NCBI GenBank assembly: GCA_951406725.2
Contig: OX597832.1
Coordinates: 23,374,001-23,438,000, forward strand
Direction of reading: 5' to 3'
Source: Octopus vulgaris
Taxonomy: Eukaryota
DNA: 64,000 nucleotides
The notes under the pieces were generated by a model that worked only from the letters and a program-made list of their open reading frames with translations, was not told the origin of the DNA and did not search any database. Below, piece by piece: positions 1 to 13,388 of the stretch (positions are counted from its first letter, which is position 1; each line of letters starts with the position of its first letter). A program made the translations under genes and the position numbers.

Positions 1-405
<405 letters not shown>

Positions 406-643
406 TGTATGTTTGTATGTGCATACTTACATATGTATGTGTACAGACATACATATATATATATATATTGTGTGTGTGTATGTGTGTGTACATATACCCT
501 CATATTTTATGAATCCCGAAATACCGAATGCTAGCATTCCTAATCTTCAAACTCTGTGTTTTTTCATATTTCCATAAGTATATAATACATACGAGTAATA
601 CTTCAGTTGAATTCAAAACTGTTTTAAATAAAACACAGCCAAT

Positions 644-677
<34 letters not shown>

Positions 678-1090
678 CAATACACGCATTCATACAGACA
701 CGACACACACACAAATACATATAAATATAAAATCCTTTTGAAATGTTTTCGACTTTAAATTGTCATTGAAAACCTGAGACATAGAAGAATTTTTTTTTTT
801 TTGATTTTATATCTGTGGAACATTCGAAATTGTACAAGGTCAGCTTCCAAAAAAATCTACTTTTAGACAAACAATAAATACTTTTCACTTTCCTGGAAAC
901 TGAAAGTCAAATGTCACCAACTTCTTACGCTTCCGATAATCTAAGCGAATTGTAACATTTTGAAAATCGCAGTACTTGAAGTCAAACTTCTTAATTACCA
1001 ATGTTGACGTGTCTAACACGTATCGAATATTTATTTATAATTTTTAGTATTTTTTCATATTGACCTTAAGGTATAACACACAGACACACA

Positions 1091-1168
<78 letters not shown>

Positions 1169-1290
1169 TGCACACAGCTGATATTTACGTGTATTTCAAA
1201 TGAAAATATTTTAATATAGATGTAAGGAATTGATTATTCAAGCTTTTCTAACTCTAGAATCGTTCTGAGGAATGGGGTAAAACATCTATA

Positions 1291-1387
<97 letters not shown>

Positions 1388-1446
1388 ATGTATATATGTA
1401 TGTATATATATATAAATATATGTATGGATTCATATATATATACGTG

Positions 1447-1479
<33 letters not shown>

Positions 1480-1597
1480 TGTTATATTTCGGAATGGTCA
1501 TATTGCCAGTTTAGCCAATAAAAACACACGCACTATATATTTGGTGTTATTTTGCTTCAGTGATATTTATTTTTTACATTAATCTTAATCTTATTTC

Positions 1598-1642
1598 GGC
1601 CAAAGTTCTTTCGTCACACTCCTGTGACCGCATCAGTGGTCC
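1598..1642 (-). ncRNA. Hammerhead ribozyme-like motif (type I, variant core) in the PLE 3' region
   Basis: Minus strand: GGACCA CUGAUGC G GUCACA-GGAG-UGUGAC GAAA GAAC UU UGGCC. Stem II is 6 bp, stem I is CCA/UGG plus GG/CC, and core A9 is replaced by C. Confidence 0.6.
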
Positions 1643-2161
1643 TTTGTTTTCTTCTCACTTACTTGTGTCTCTCCTTACTAACCGTCAGCCATTTTGTATT
1701 TCTATTGTATGTCTTCATTTGCGCATGCTTATATCTCTATGTGCGTCTATGTTTATTTAGTGTGTGGGGGGGATGTCTGTAATATTTGTATCTTCTGGTT
1801 ATATACATTCTTGTAATTTGTATTTTGTTTTTGTTGTTGTTGCTTTTGTTCTAATTTTGTTCATGTGTTTACATCCACCCATTATTATCATTACATATGC
1901 TTGTATGTATGTATAACAACAATATTAGTAATAATAATAATAAATCTAATCGAGAAAAAAAAAAAAAAAAAAAAAAGAATATACATATACATATATATAT
2001 ATATATACATACACATACATATACATATATATATATACATATATACACACATATATACACATATACATATACATATATATACACATATACATACACATAG
2101 ATATTCATTTCTATTTCTTTAATTACCTGTGTATTTATTATGTTTGCAGGATCCACTATTG

Positions 2162-3507
2162 TCATATGTTGTGGTGTGCGCTATTGCTCCATTCTAGTTT
2201 TCTATTCAGGCTAGGTTTATTTTCTATTATATGTGTAGCTTCTGTAATTTGTCTAATTGTTGCATCTGTTCTATGTGTGGACAATATCTTAATCTCTATG
2301 TTATTGATTGATCCCCCGTGTTCTTGTTCGGCGTGTTGGTACAGAATCGATGAGCTTTTACCTTCCTTGAGTTGTCTCCAATGTTCATTCACCCGCTCAC
2401 CAATGCTTCTTGCAGTTTCCCCTACGTATGTTACTGTCTTGTTACTGCATCGTCCCTCTATACATCTTATACTATAGACCACATTTCTGGCTTTACAGTT
2501 CGTTTGTGGGCTAAATCTACATACAGTGCAATAGTTATCCGTACAGAGAGTTCTACTAAAAGGATAGGTTCTACCAATTATAGATCTGATAGGGTTGCCT
2601 GGCTTTTCAACAACCTTAATTCTTAGTTTAAGTTTATCTAGGGTCCTTCTAAAGCGGTACGCTAGTTCACCTCCAGGGGTGGTGTCAACGAACATGACAC
2701 TCTGGTATTTATGGCTATCATACCAAGAGTTGGCCTTCCTTATTTTCTTTTTTGTCCTTTCTATAGTGTTCCATGACTTGTTCCTATAGAGTGGGCAAAT
2801 CCCATTCCTATCATTACATAATATATTATCAAATTTCTTCATGGGTCCTTTGTATACTCTGATCCTTTCTTTATGGCTGTAACCTGAGAACTGCATGCGG
2901 TGAATGAAATACTGTATGTGTCTCTTTAATTCTGTAGGCTCGCACATGCGTGACACATTTCTCATTATTCTGACGAGGTCTGCCATCAAAATATTGAATT
3001 TGGCATTGCCCGCAATGGCTGAGTTCCGTGGATCAGGTATTTTGAGGCCATAGGTTTTGCATAGTATGAATGAAGGATTTGGGTTTTATTTTTCACAATT
3101 TCTAGCCAGAGTTCAGTGTCTAGTACTGGTAGTCTATGGTTGGGGTGTTTAGTGGGGTAGTCTATTGTGACCTTAATACTCTGGTGGATGGAGTTAGCTA
3201 TTTGCTGGATGCTCTCCATAGTATTAGTTTCTATTACTATATCAACCGTACTCTCTTGTGGGGGTGCCTTTCCTACTATATTGATATCATCAACATAGCG
3301 AGAGTACATGTTTACGAGTATGGATTTCTGCAGTAGGCATTCTTTAAGCCTTCTGTCCCACCATACCATGAAGAGGTTGGCCACATCACCAGCGATACTA
3401 ACACCGATGGCTGCCCCCTCGTCCTGGGCATATATTTTATTATTAAATTTAAATGTGTGGCCTTTTAGGGTAACTCTTATACTAGCTCCTAGTGCATGTG
3501 CGATCAT
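2162..3507 (-). pseudogene. PLE RT/GIY-YIG ORF, frameshifted and 5'-truncated
   Basis: Restoring one base near 3027 gives continuous ...KPMASKYLIHxNSAIAGNAKFNILMADLVRIMRN... with no stops to 2162. Confidence 0.88.
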
Positions 3508-3828
3508 TTTCTTTACCTGATGGACATTTGCGGGGCTCCGTATTTATTTTATTTTATTCCATACGAGTCGAAATATATGAAAAGTTGAAGTTGAAAATGC
3601 ACTGAGAATAGTTAAAACATTTTTTTAATAATATGTTTAAAGCTTTAACAGGTTTCACAGTTTACACTGATTTTCAAAAAATTCAAGTAGAAAGACGTCA
3701 ACACAAAACCAATAGGATTTTGTCTTTTGGTTATTTCTTGACGAGCTTGATAGACGAACGAAATCGCTAATAAACAATTATCCAAAATCCTAACTCCCTC
3801 CTTTTTCTTAATGTAAAATATGTGTGCA

Positions 3829-3895
<67 letters not shown>

Positions 3896-5039
3896 TGCGC
3901 ACGTGTGTGTGTGTGATATGATGATATGTACAAGAATTCAATTGTGCAACAGGTGGTTCTTTCTAATTTTGACACAAAACCAACAATTTTTTTTTGAGAA
4001 GGGCAATTCAAGTCCCTCGACTCCAATACCTGACTGCTCCTTTTCTGTTTATTTTATGGAACCTGAAATAACGAAAGGCAATGTCGATTTCGGCAGCATT
4101 TGAACTCAGAGCGTAAAGAGTCAAAAGGAACGTCATTAAACATTTTGTACGAGCCATTCGCTGCCTCAAAAGCTTAAGCGATAAGAATCACTCAAGACTT
4201 GTAGGCCCCTCGCAGTCTAAACAATATCGTGAATACACAGAAACATCTTTGTATAAAAGGAAGCATTCCCTCGTGTCTTTTCAAGCGTCAGCTTCGTATT
4301 TTATTTTGCCTTGTGCTTGAAAAGAATCTAACAATGATATTCGTGTGTTTTAATATAGCGACCACTTGATGGCACCAATGTTTAGCTGTAGCCTGGAGAT
4401 CTGATGTGATAAATAAATTTTCTAATAAATATATTTATATATACTCACAGCATACTACGTTCATTAACATAAGGGAAGTTTGGGACAAACAACGTTTCGT
4501 CATTGGTGTCTTTTCCGCCTAAGCTATCCGGGACTAATAATGTACCTATCAGCCAATAATTCGGGTATTTTTGTTTTTGCTTTTTTTTTCATTATAACAT
4601 AGAGCGACAATCTCATGTTAAATCCATTGTTTCTAATTCTTGCTGTTTACCTTACCCTGTTTAGACAGGGCAATGGATGTATCCACATCCCATATAAGCA
4701 GTGGGTATTCAAATGGCATCGGCACTTTTCCTATGCCTTTCAATAACTTCAAACAAACAATAAACATTTTTGTACATCAACCAACAATTGAATAACCAAT
4801 CGTTCATATCTCCAGCATATTAAGTTGTACTTCGTAACAAACGTATTAACGTTCGTTATTTCATAAATTTACAAGCTTTACTGTTCTGTCTTGTTCATTA
4901 AATATATATTTAATTTATCTCTCTGTTGTATTTTTTTTGGGGGGGGGGGTTCCTGCCTTTAACCCTCCAACGTGGAGTATAAGCCACTTATAGTTGAATT
5001 CCATGTCGCATAATTTTTCGCTTCTGTACTTATACTCTG

Positions 5040-5155
5040 CCATGAATGTCCCCCTTTCTCTAGTTCCTTTTGTGTTAATCTACGCCACGAGTCCTTAGGC
5101 CTACCTTTCTTTCTATATCTATCTGGAATCCACGCTAAAGCACTTTTCGCTACAT
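5040..5155 (-). mobile_element. Old RTE-like LINE C-terminal fragment
   Basis: Minus translation VAKSALAWIPDRYRKKGRPKDSWRRL (WxP..RxxGRPxxxW motif). Confidence 0.5.
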
Positions 5156-6014
5156 TTGGTGTGCCTTTTCAAATTGTGCTACCAATCGACTTCCACTTTT
5201 TCTTAAATATTTGCTCCCTAATCGAAACTTGATTTGTTCTTTGCCATAGCTCCATATTGTGTTCAGGCCATCAAATTTTAGGTATACTACGCAAGCATCT
5301 GTTGATGAATGATTGTATTTGCTTATTTTACTTAACTGTTGTTCGCCGTGTCTCAGCTCCATACAATATTATTTTTTCCGTTTACAAGATCCAAAATATA
5401 TCTCACGAAGAGAGACGTCGCGCTGTATCAAATTGCGGTAGTGCGGCATATTAAAACTTAAACCATCGCATGATCCAAAAAAAGAAGTGAAGAACCAAAG
5501 ACATACAATGGGAGAGAGAGAGAGAGAGAGATACATAAAGAGATTCTATTTGCTCGTTCGATAAAAAAAAAAAGTTTTATCAATAGGTTAAGGCTACGTC
5601 AAGATCAGCTACACACTTGCCGTAATACTATATGGGAGTGGTGTTGTTTGGTAAACATAAAATGATATGTGATCAATAATGACAGCCGAGAGGGAGACGG
5701 GAAGAAGAAGAAATAAACAAATTAGTATATTCGGATATCGATTATTTGTTTTCATCTATTTAAGGTTGATTATATAAATTAGCATCGGTTCAACCCTGGT
5801 GGAACAGACCTGTGATCAAAGGAGTTTCGTTTGTACCATCTTCAAACCGGTGATGTTGTTTATGTACATTAAAATGGCGGCTCGATAAATAATCATTGGT
5901 AAAATAGGTACCAAGATCAAAGATAATTATTGGTGTAGTATTCCTGGGCGAAAACTTTGGAGGTTTGTTCCCCCGACATGACACAATCCAGTAACCAGGA
6001 AAAACAGCTAAATG

Positions 6015-6181
6015 AACGTGTGTATATGTGTGTTTGTGTATGAGTGTGTATGTGTGTGTGTGTGTATGAGTGTATGTAGGTACATGTATATAGATAGATG
6101 CATATGTATGTACATAGCTACATCTACGTGTGTGTGTGTGTTTGTGTGAGTATGTGTATGTATATGTCGATAGATAGATAT

Positions 6182-6213
<32 letters not shown>

Positions 6214-6442
6214 GTAAGTAGGTAGGTAGGTAGGTATGTAGGTGGGTGGGTGGATGGATAGGTAGATAGGTAGGCAAGTAGATAGATAGATAGATACATG
6301 CATACATACAAACACATATATACACACATAGGTAGGTACGTAGACAGGCAGGTAGGTATATAGGTAAGTAGGTATGTAAGCAGGTAGGCAGACAGACAGA
6401 CAGACAGACAGATAGATAGATGTATGGATGGATGGATGGATG

Positions 6443-6517
<75 letters not shown>

Positions 6518-6541
6518 GGATGGATGGCTAGATAGATAGAT
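6015..6541. repeat. Compound (TG)n/(GATA)n/(GGTA)n/(GGAT)n microsatellite
   Basis: Direct reading. Confidence 0.95.
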
Positions 6542-6691
6542 ATTTATCTGTTAATTAGCAAGAATGATAACATGACTACATCCATAGTCACTCACTGACT
6601 CTCGCATACTCTTTAAATATGGACTTATACTCAGTCAGACATACATGCATGCAAACATGTGTGTATGTCTGCGTTTGTACGTGTGTGTCTA

Positions 6692-6723
<32 letters not shown>

Positions 6724-7159
6724 CATGTGTGTGTGTATGTACATGCAAACATTACTATACTTATAGGAAAGCCGCAAGCATTTTCCCGTTATGTAATGAA
6801 AAAAAATATTTAAAAATGAGACTGCATCAAAACACTTCAAAAAGCACTTCAAATCAACTCAAAGAGAGGAGATTAATTAGTTAATTAAATAGAGGATTAA
6901 TTATGTCGCTGCGATAACTAAAGACAAAGCGACATCAAACATTTTACTACATTTTCATATTCTTTATGTCACCTTCCATTTTCGAGTTCAAATCTTCCGA
7001 TTTTCTTCCGCTTTCACTTGCATATTTATTATAACACACTCTTACACTCTTCCTCATTCTCTTACATCTTAGAATACTTGGTCATCCTCTCTATCTCTTT
7101 TTTCCTTAAGTAATGTGTATATTTAATGTGTGTTTCCACTATTTCCTCCTCTCTGTCTG

Positions 7160-7214
<55 letters not shown>

Positions 7215-7216
7215 CT

Positions 7217-7255
<39 letters not shown>

Positions 7256-7272
7256 GCACCCACTCGGTATGT

Positions 7273-7732
7273 TTACTCTTTTTACTCTTTTACTTTTTTA
7301 CTTGTTTCAGTCATTTGACGGCGGCCATGCTGGAGCGCCGACTTTAGTCGAGCAAATCGACCCCAAGACTTATTCTTTGTAAACCTAGTACTTATTCTAT
7401 CGGTCGCTTTTGCCGAACCACTAAGTTACGAGGACGTAAACACAACAGAATCGGTTGTCAAGCGATGTTGGGGGGACAAACACAGACAAACTAACATATG
7501 CACGCACACACACACATATATATATATATACATATATACAACAAGCTTCTTTCAGTTTTCGTGTACCAAATCCAATCACAAGGCTTTGGTTGGCCCGAAG
7601 CTATAGTAGAAGACACTTGCTCAAGGTGCTATGAAGCGGGACTGAACCCGGAACCATGTGGTTCAGGCGGTGCTTTAGCATGGCCACTGTAAAATGACTG
7701 AAACAAGTAAAAGAGTAGAAGAGTAAAAGAGT
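7273..7732 (-). mobile_element. SINE family A copy with inverted tail fragment at 7665-7732
   Basis: Reverse-complement match to 20218-20651. The 5' end is replaced by a + strand tail fragment. Confidence 0.85.
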
Positions 7733-7816
7733 ATATTATTAAAGCCGGAACAATACAGTTTATAAAACTTAAAAGTACAATTTCAATATTTCAAAGTCAA
7801 GACCCCTTTTCTGGCA

Positions 7817-7855
7817 ATTTCCTGAAGAGGAGTCTTAAACCCGAAATATTGAAAT
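7817..7855 (+). ncRNA. Minimal type-I hammerhead ribozyme motif
   Basis: AUUUC CUGAAGA GGAGU-CUUAA-ACCC GAAA UA UU GAAAU. Intact CUGANGA and GAAA cores, 5-bp stem I, palindromic AUAU stem III, imperfect stem II. Confidence 0.62.
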
Positions 7856-7984
7856 ACCGCATAATAGTACTCATCAACGATCTATATTTTTACTTTTTTT
7901 TCATATATTTTGCATTGTTTTGTGCTTTCAGAAAATGATTTCAACCATTTATAACCTATAAAGTGCTTTTTAATAATATCCTCC

Positions 7985-8135
7985 GTCTTCGTCTGAGTTC
8001 AAATTCCGCTGAGGTCGACTTTGCCTTTCATCCTTTCGGAATCGATAAATTAAGTTGTAGTTGCATACTGGGGTCGATCTAATCGACTGACTCCTTCCCC
8101 CAAAATGTCAGGCCTTGTGCCTAGAGCAGAAAAGC
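7985..8135 (+). mobile_element. SINE family B partial copy
   Basis: gagttcaaattccgctgaggtcgactttgcctttcatcctttcgg central domain. Confidence 0.8.
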
Positions 8136-8302
8136 ATGTTCTCCATCTTATTTTATGCTATAATCTGTATATACTTCTGTATTTCAGCTTGCCCTAATTG
8201 ACGTCTGCTTTGATGATTTCTTTTGTTCATTTGTAAAAGAGACGATTGCTAATTAGTATTAAAAATTATTCAGTCTTTTACTTTTCCTTGTATTCTTTGC
8301 AG

Positions 8303-8424
8303 GGAATCGCCTTTTTCTCATTTACCTGGACAATGGGTTATGTGCTGTGTAAAATGGTTCACTATGTTCAAAATGTCTCCATGATTTGCTCCGTTATGAC
8401 GCTTACAATGATGAGTGTAGAGAG
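8303..8424 (+). CDS. Class A GPCR, internal coding exon A (ECL1-TM3)
   Basis: Acceptor tctttgcag|G at 8302/8303 and donor AG|gtaggt at 8424/8425. Translates GIAFFSFTWTMGYVLCKMVHYVQNVSMICSVMTLTMMSVE(R), with the ECL1 WxxG motif, the conserved TM3 Cys and a split ERY motif (phase 2). Confidence 0.93.
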
Positions 8425-8834
8425 GTAGGTATGTGATAGTTTCTTTGTTTTTGTTTAAGTTAGTCATCGATGAGAATTATCAACCTTAACTGTTTCAGAC
8501 CCTCCCAGTTTAATGAGATGAACGCAACTTATACCAAACGTAAATATCTGCATTTCAATGTCTGCAGGCAAACAAAAACAAAATGGGTGGAGTGGGAGCT
8601 GGGAAAATGTTTATTTTCAAAAGCTCTCAACAATAGCCAGATGACTAAATGCCCTCAATGACCGATGGCTGGGTGTTAAACTTGGTGGTATGTTAGGTCT
8701 AGAGTATGGTTATCAAACGATGATAAATAACGGTAACTCATTTGTCACCATAGTTTTGTTTAAAAGGACAAGCTTCCTTTCAGTTAATTTTGAAATACAG
8801 AATTAATTAAAATAACAATTAGCATTGTTATTGT

Positions 8835-9190
8835 CGAGCTGACAGAAACGTTAGCACACCGGGCGAAATGCTTAGCGGTATTTCATCTGCCGCTACGTTC
8901 TGAGTTCAAATTCCGCCGAGGTCGACTTTACCTTTCATCCTTTCGGGGTCGCTTAAATAAGTATCAGTTACGCCCTGGGGTCAATGTAATCGACTTAATC
9001 CGTTTGTCTGTCCTTGTTTGTACTCTCTGTGTTTAGCCCCTTGTGAGTAGTAAAGAAATAGAATTGGTATTTCGCCTGCCGCTACGTTCTGAGTTCAAAT
9101 TCCGCCGAGATCAACTTCGTCTTTCATCCATTTTGGATCGATACATTAAGTACCAGTTGAGTCCCCTCCCCCTAAACTTCAGACCTTCTG
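8835..9190 (+). mobile_element. SINE family B: full copy followed by a partial copy
   Basis: Family B consensus; the second unit restarts at ggtatttcgcctgcc. Confidence 0.85.
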
Positions 9191-10080
9191 CCTTTATGTA
9201 TGTGTGTTTGTATATAGGTGAGGGTCACAATTGTTCAATATGTGTGGAGTGTTCTTTTCAAGAGCGCATAGACTTGAAAAGCCATCAGTTTGAACATTTG
9301 AGAAACTGAAGTAACACGTTAAACATAAGAATCCTATAATCATAGAATTCCCATCGTAAGACCAGAGATAGAGAAATGAATAGAGCATTCCAATTATATT
9401 GGACACTGTATACCTTCTTTTGCTCACACCTACATATGTATATAAGCTCTGGAGTTTGAATATAGTTCGAAATTTTTGGTGAAAGCTTTTAATTAGGATC
9501 CCTTTTAAATAGAAAGTGGGTAGCCTAGAACAACTAGCTGGCTTCATGCTAAAAGCTTTTAATTTCGATCACTTTAAACAGAAAGTGGGTATCCTTGAAG
9601 AAATGGATGGTTTCATGGGAGTCCTTATCAAAAGCGTTAAGTCACTTTACGCTAGTTTTAATGCGTACGTTTTACTAATTATAAAACCCAATTGACCAGT
9701 TCACAAACAACACACGATATGTTTTCCTAAGTATTAAATTGTGGCTACATAAATTTCGTTTTAATTATATTATCCTAAAGATAGCAAGCTGACAAGACAT
9801 TTAGCAGGCCGTAAAAGATGCTTAGTGATATTTAATCCGCTTTTAATTTCTACGTTCAAATTCTGCCAAAATTTACTTTACCTTTCAACCGTTTTGGTGT
9901 CGAAAAATATCCGTTTGATTACTGGGGGAGAAGTGAAATCTAATCGCTCACACCACCAATATTGCAGACCGTCTGCGAATGACAGAAAGAATTACATGAC
10001 CCTAAATAAGTATAAAATATTTTTCATTAATATGACAAGTGTGGTGGGGTCAGTGTTTGTATTATGTATATATATATATA

Positions 10081-10235
10081 TTTCTCTCCTTGTTTTTTCT
10101 GTGTACCTTTCTGTAGAAGAGCGTAGACTCTAAACGTAAAAGACTTTTTCTATTCCTGAACGTTATACTAATAAATTCTGTTTGTTTTGTACACCACCTG
10201 TCTTCGTCTTTTGTTTTTTTCGTAAACTCTCCCTA
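10081..10235 (+). mobile_element. Short non-autonomous PLE-derived element with degenerate hammerhead (10107-10142)
   Basis: Closely similar to 41800-41980. Reads CUUU CUGUAGA A GAGC GUAG ACUC UAAA CGUA AAAG and is flanked on both sides by (TA)n. Confidence 0.6.
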
Positions 10236-10236
10236 A

Positions 10237-10306
<70 letters not shown>

Positions 10307-10377
10307 ATACATGTATACATATGTGTATATACATATGTATATATGAGCAGATATATATATGTGTGTGTGTGTACATA

Positions 10378-10563
10378 TGGTGGCCATCCACTCGTGACCG
10401 AGGAAGACTCTAGAACTAACTTATATTTTGAATTTGCTGCTCCGTTGGTGGCTAATGAGCCCTGCTCGTGACAAGCACACACAACTGCAAACATTGCAAA
10501 GCAAGCTTTCCCCATTCACTACACCAGCAGTGCGCTTTCGAACAGCACGCTTAAGTTCTTCGT
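10378..10563 (-). mobile_element. RTE-clade LINE 3' end fragment
   Basis: HEELKRAVRK...[21 protein letters not shown], matching the C-terminal CxxC...SRxGLxSHxR motif of RTE elements, plus a short 3' UTR. Confidence 0.68.
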
Positions 10564-10597
10564 GTACACACACACACACACACACATATATATAAAA

Positions 10598-10893
10598 TGG
10601 CCTAGTGGTTAAGGCAGCGGACTCGCGGTCGTAGGATCGCGGTTTCGATTCCCAGACCGGGCGTTGTGAGTGTTTATTGAGCGAAAACACCTTAAGCTCC
10701 ACAAGGCTCCAGCAGGGGGTGGTGGCGATCCCTGCTGTACTCTTTCGCCACAACTTTCTCTCACTCTTTCTTCTGTTGGCCTGCTCGCTTAGCCACCGGG
10801 GTGGCGTCATTTGAAGGCTAAAACAATGCGAAGCGCACTGTGACCAGCGATGTGTAACAACATCTGATAGCCTGGTCGGTCACGGTTATCACG

Positions 10894-10896
<3 letters not shown>
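10598..10896 (+). mobile_element. SINE family C variant (alternative tail)
   Basis: Same head and body as 25081. The tail ggcctgctcgcttagcc...gaccagcgatgtg...ctgatagcctggtcggtcacgg is shared with 62503-62772. Confidence 0.85.
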
Positions 10897-10944
<48 letters not shown>

Positions 10945-10975
10945 GTATATATGTATATATGCATATATATGTATG

Positions 10976-11007
<32 letters not shown>

Positions 11008-11011
11008 TATA

Positions 11012-11207
11012 TACAATTTGTGGTCTAGTATTTGGAGTTATATGAAAGAGAAATAGAGACATATGTACATACATGCGAACACATATCTGCCTACTTCCGC
11101 GTATATATATATATACCCGGAAGTAGGCAGATATGTGTTAGCATGTATGTACATATGTCTCTCTATTTCTCTTTCATATAACTCCAAATACTAGACCACA
11201 AATTGTA
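11012..11207. repeat. Near-perfect 196-bp palindrome centred on (TA)n
   Basis: Arms tacaatttgtggtctag...cctacttccg and cggaagtagg...ctagaccacaaattgta, with 2 mismatches and one 2-nt indel. Confidence 0.95.
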
Positions 11208-11759
11208 ACATAGTTATATAATTCAAACTAGCTAACCGGTACGCATTCTTCAAACATTTGAAAGTGCAGATAGGAATTGAACAGCAATAACACGTTGATA
11301 ATTGCAATATAATTAAGATCAAGGTCTGTGACATGATTTTATAGGAATCCGAAATATTTTTACCCCATACTAATCTTCGGTGTGTTTGCCATTCTAGAGC
11401 GATATCGGATCATACGTTGTAATTAATATTTCAATTAAAAGACGGTTTCGTGATATACAGTAGGTTTCTTCCCGTTAGCTCCAGGCTCTTTTATCTTAAC
11501 ACTATGTTGTATTGTTCAATATTTTTACAAAATTATATGTGGCGCCACTTCGGTGCAGTGACTTCAATAAATGATTCATATAAGCGCTGTACGTCAAGTA
11601 TTCCTACAGCCAAAGTGTATGTATTTACGTTTATATATATGTGAGTGTGTGTGAGTGCGAGAGCGAGTACGTGTGTTTGTGTCTATGTATGTATCTATTA
11701 GTATAATAAATACATAGACACTTGTACAAGTAGGTATATTAGTCAATGAAATTCCAACG

Positions 11760-13060
11760 TTTATTTTTTACACTTGTACAATACTATATATTATAATAAC
11801 AGAGGTATCGTCATACTTTCTGTAATCTTCTGGTGTTTTTAGTTGCAGTATTAACCAACTATTTTTCTTCACGATGGATAACAAATCGGAATGTCTAGGG
11901 CAAAATGAACCAGCATACATATATATCTTAGTGCATATACCTAGAAGCAATGAGGGAAGAGGAATGATGCAAGTAGAACTATGCTATAAGGTCTCCACAA
12001 TAGCAATGAACAGGTATTTATCTAGTAGAGAGGACTGGATGCTGCGGCTTGTGTGCGAATACGGAAGTAGCAAAAAATTGTCAAGGAAGCTTGCAAAACG
12101 GCAAGGGACTTAGCATTAACCCTGCAAAAGATCAAGATTCTGAAACCACTAACACAAAAAACAAAATCGATCAAGCAGACTGCAAGAAGAACGGGTAGAA
12201 AAATTTAAAGGGCCATGGAGCCCAGAAGCCCCTGAATGGACAGTATATACTTCGAAGTGGAAATGTTGATGTAGACCAAGCAATAACCCATCAGTGACTG
12301 AGAAATTCAGGTCTGAAAGCAGAGACTAAAGGTGTCCTTTTGGCGGCACAAGATCAAAGGTTGCTTCCAAAAAAATCTACCCTAAATGCAGATTCTGTGA
12401 CACATTTGAAGAAACAAGAGACCATCTCGTCTCAGTACGTCTTGTGTTTACACCAAACTATAGGATAGTCAGTGTTTGCATTGGAAAATATGTAAACACT
12501 ATAAAATCAGTACTCCTGCTTATTGATATGAACATCATCCCTAACCTGTTGTTGAAGGTAAAAATGTCACTATCCTCTGGGATTTTCCAGCCAACTTTGA
12601 CAGTACGATCCAGGCTAATTGACACAACATAATTATTAAAAACAGGGAAGAAAATACTTGTAAACTAATAGATGTAAGAGTTCCCACTGATAAAAAGGAA
12701 TTTGACAAATTAAGTAAATATAAGGATCTGGAAATTGAAATACAAAAGGTGTGGCATCTTAAAGCGAGAAATGTTCCTGTTTTTGTAGGTGTACTAGGTG
12801 TATGATAAAAAGAAAAGTAAAGTCAGAAACATCTATTTACTATCCCAGGAGAACCATGTCTCAGAGAAATGCAAAAGAATCTGCTGACAAGTACTGCCCA
12901 CATTCTTAGAAAACACTTATCCATTTAAAAATCTGTGTTGTATTACATGAAGATATTTTGCTATGAGCCCTGCCTAATCTCCTGCCCTAGCTTTCAGTCA
13001 TATCTTATCCTTCACTCGAACCCAGGATGTTGGGTGTGTCTTGGCAAGTGATTGTAAAAA
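11760..13060 (+). mobile_element. Degenerate R4/Dong-clade non-LTR retrotransposon 3' part (zinc knuckle + restriction-like endonuclease)
   Basis: Relics LKAETKGVLLAAQDQ, CRFCDTFEETRDHLVS, LIDVRVPTD, KLSKYKDLEIEIQKVWHLK, VPVFVGVLG and TAHILRKHLSI*, followed by a trinucleotide microsatellite. Confidence 0.82.
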
Positions 13061-13103
13061 ACATGTAGATTAAATGAAAGAAGAAGCAGAATGAGAAGTT
13101 GTA

Positions 13104-13104
13104 T

Positions 13105-13173
<69 letters not shown>

Positions 13174-13357
13174 GAGGAGGAGGAGGAGGAGGAGGAGGGG
13201 GAGGAGGAGGAGGAGGAGGAAGAAGAAGAAGGAGAAGAAGAAGACGAAGAAGAAGAAGAAGAAGAAGAAGAAGAAGGAGGAGGAGGAGGAGGAGAAGAAG
13301 AAGAAGAAGAAGAAGAAGAAGAAGAAGAAGAAGAAGAAGAAGAAGAAGAAGAAGAAG

Positions 13358-13387
<30 letters not shown>
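13104..13387. repeat. Compound microsatellite (TAG)n(GAG)n(AAG)n
   Basis: Direct reading. Confidence 0.97.

Positions 13388-13388
<1 letters not shown>

Larger units (their letters stand above)
1480..3540 (-). mobile_element. 5'-truncated Penelope-like retroelement (RT + GIY-YIG endonuclease, with 3' non-coding tail)
   Basis: ORF 2986-3507 has RT motifs (YAQDEGAAIG, YSRYVDD, LPVLD). ORF 2162-2989 has a Cys-rich linker and GIY-YIG (VVYSIRC...[16 protein letters not shown]...EA...N). A 1-nt frameshift near 3027 joins them. The 3' tail carries a hammerhead-like motif and ends in (TA)n. Confidence 0.9.
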
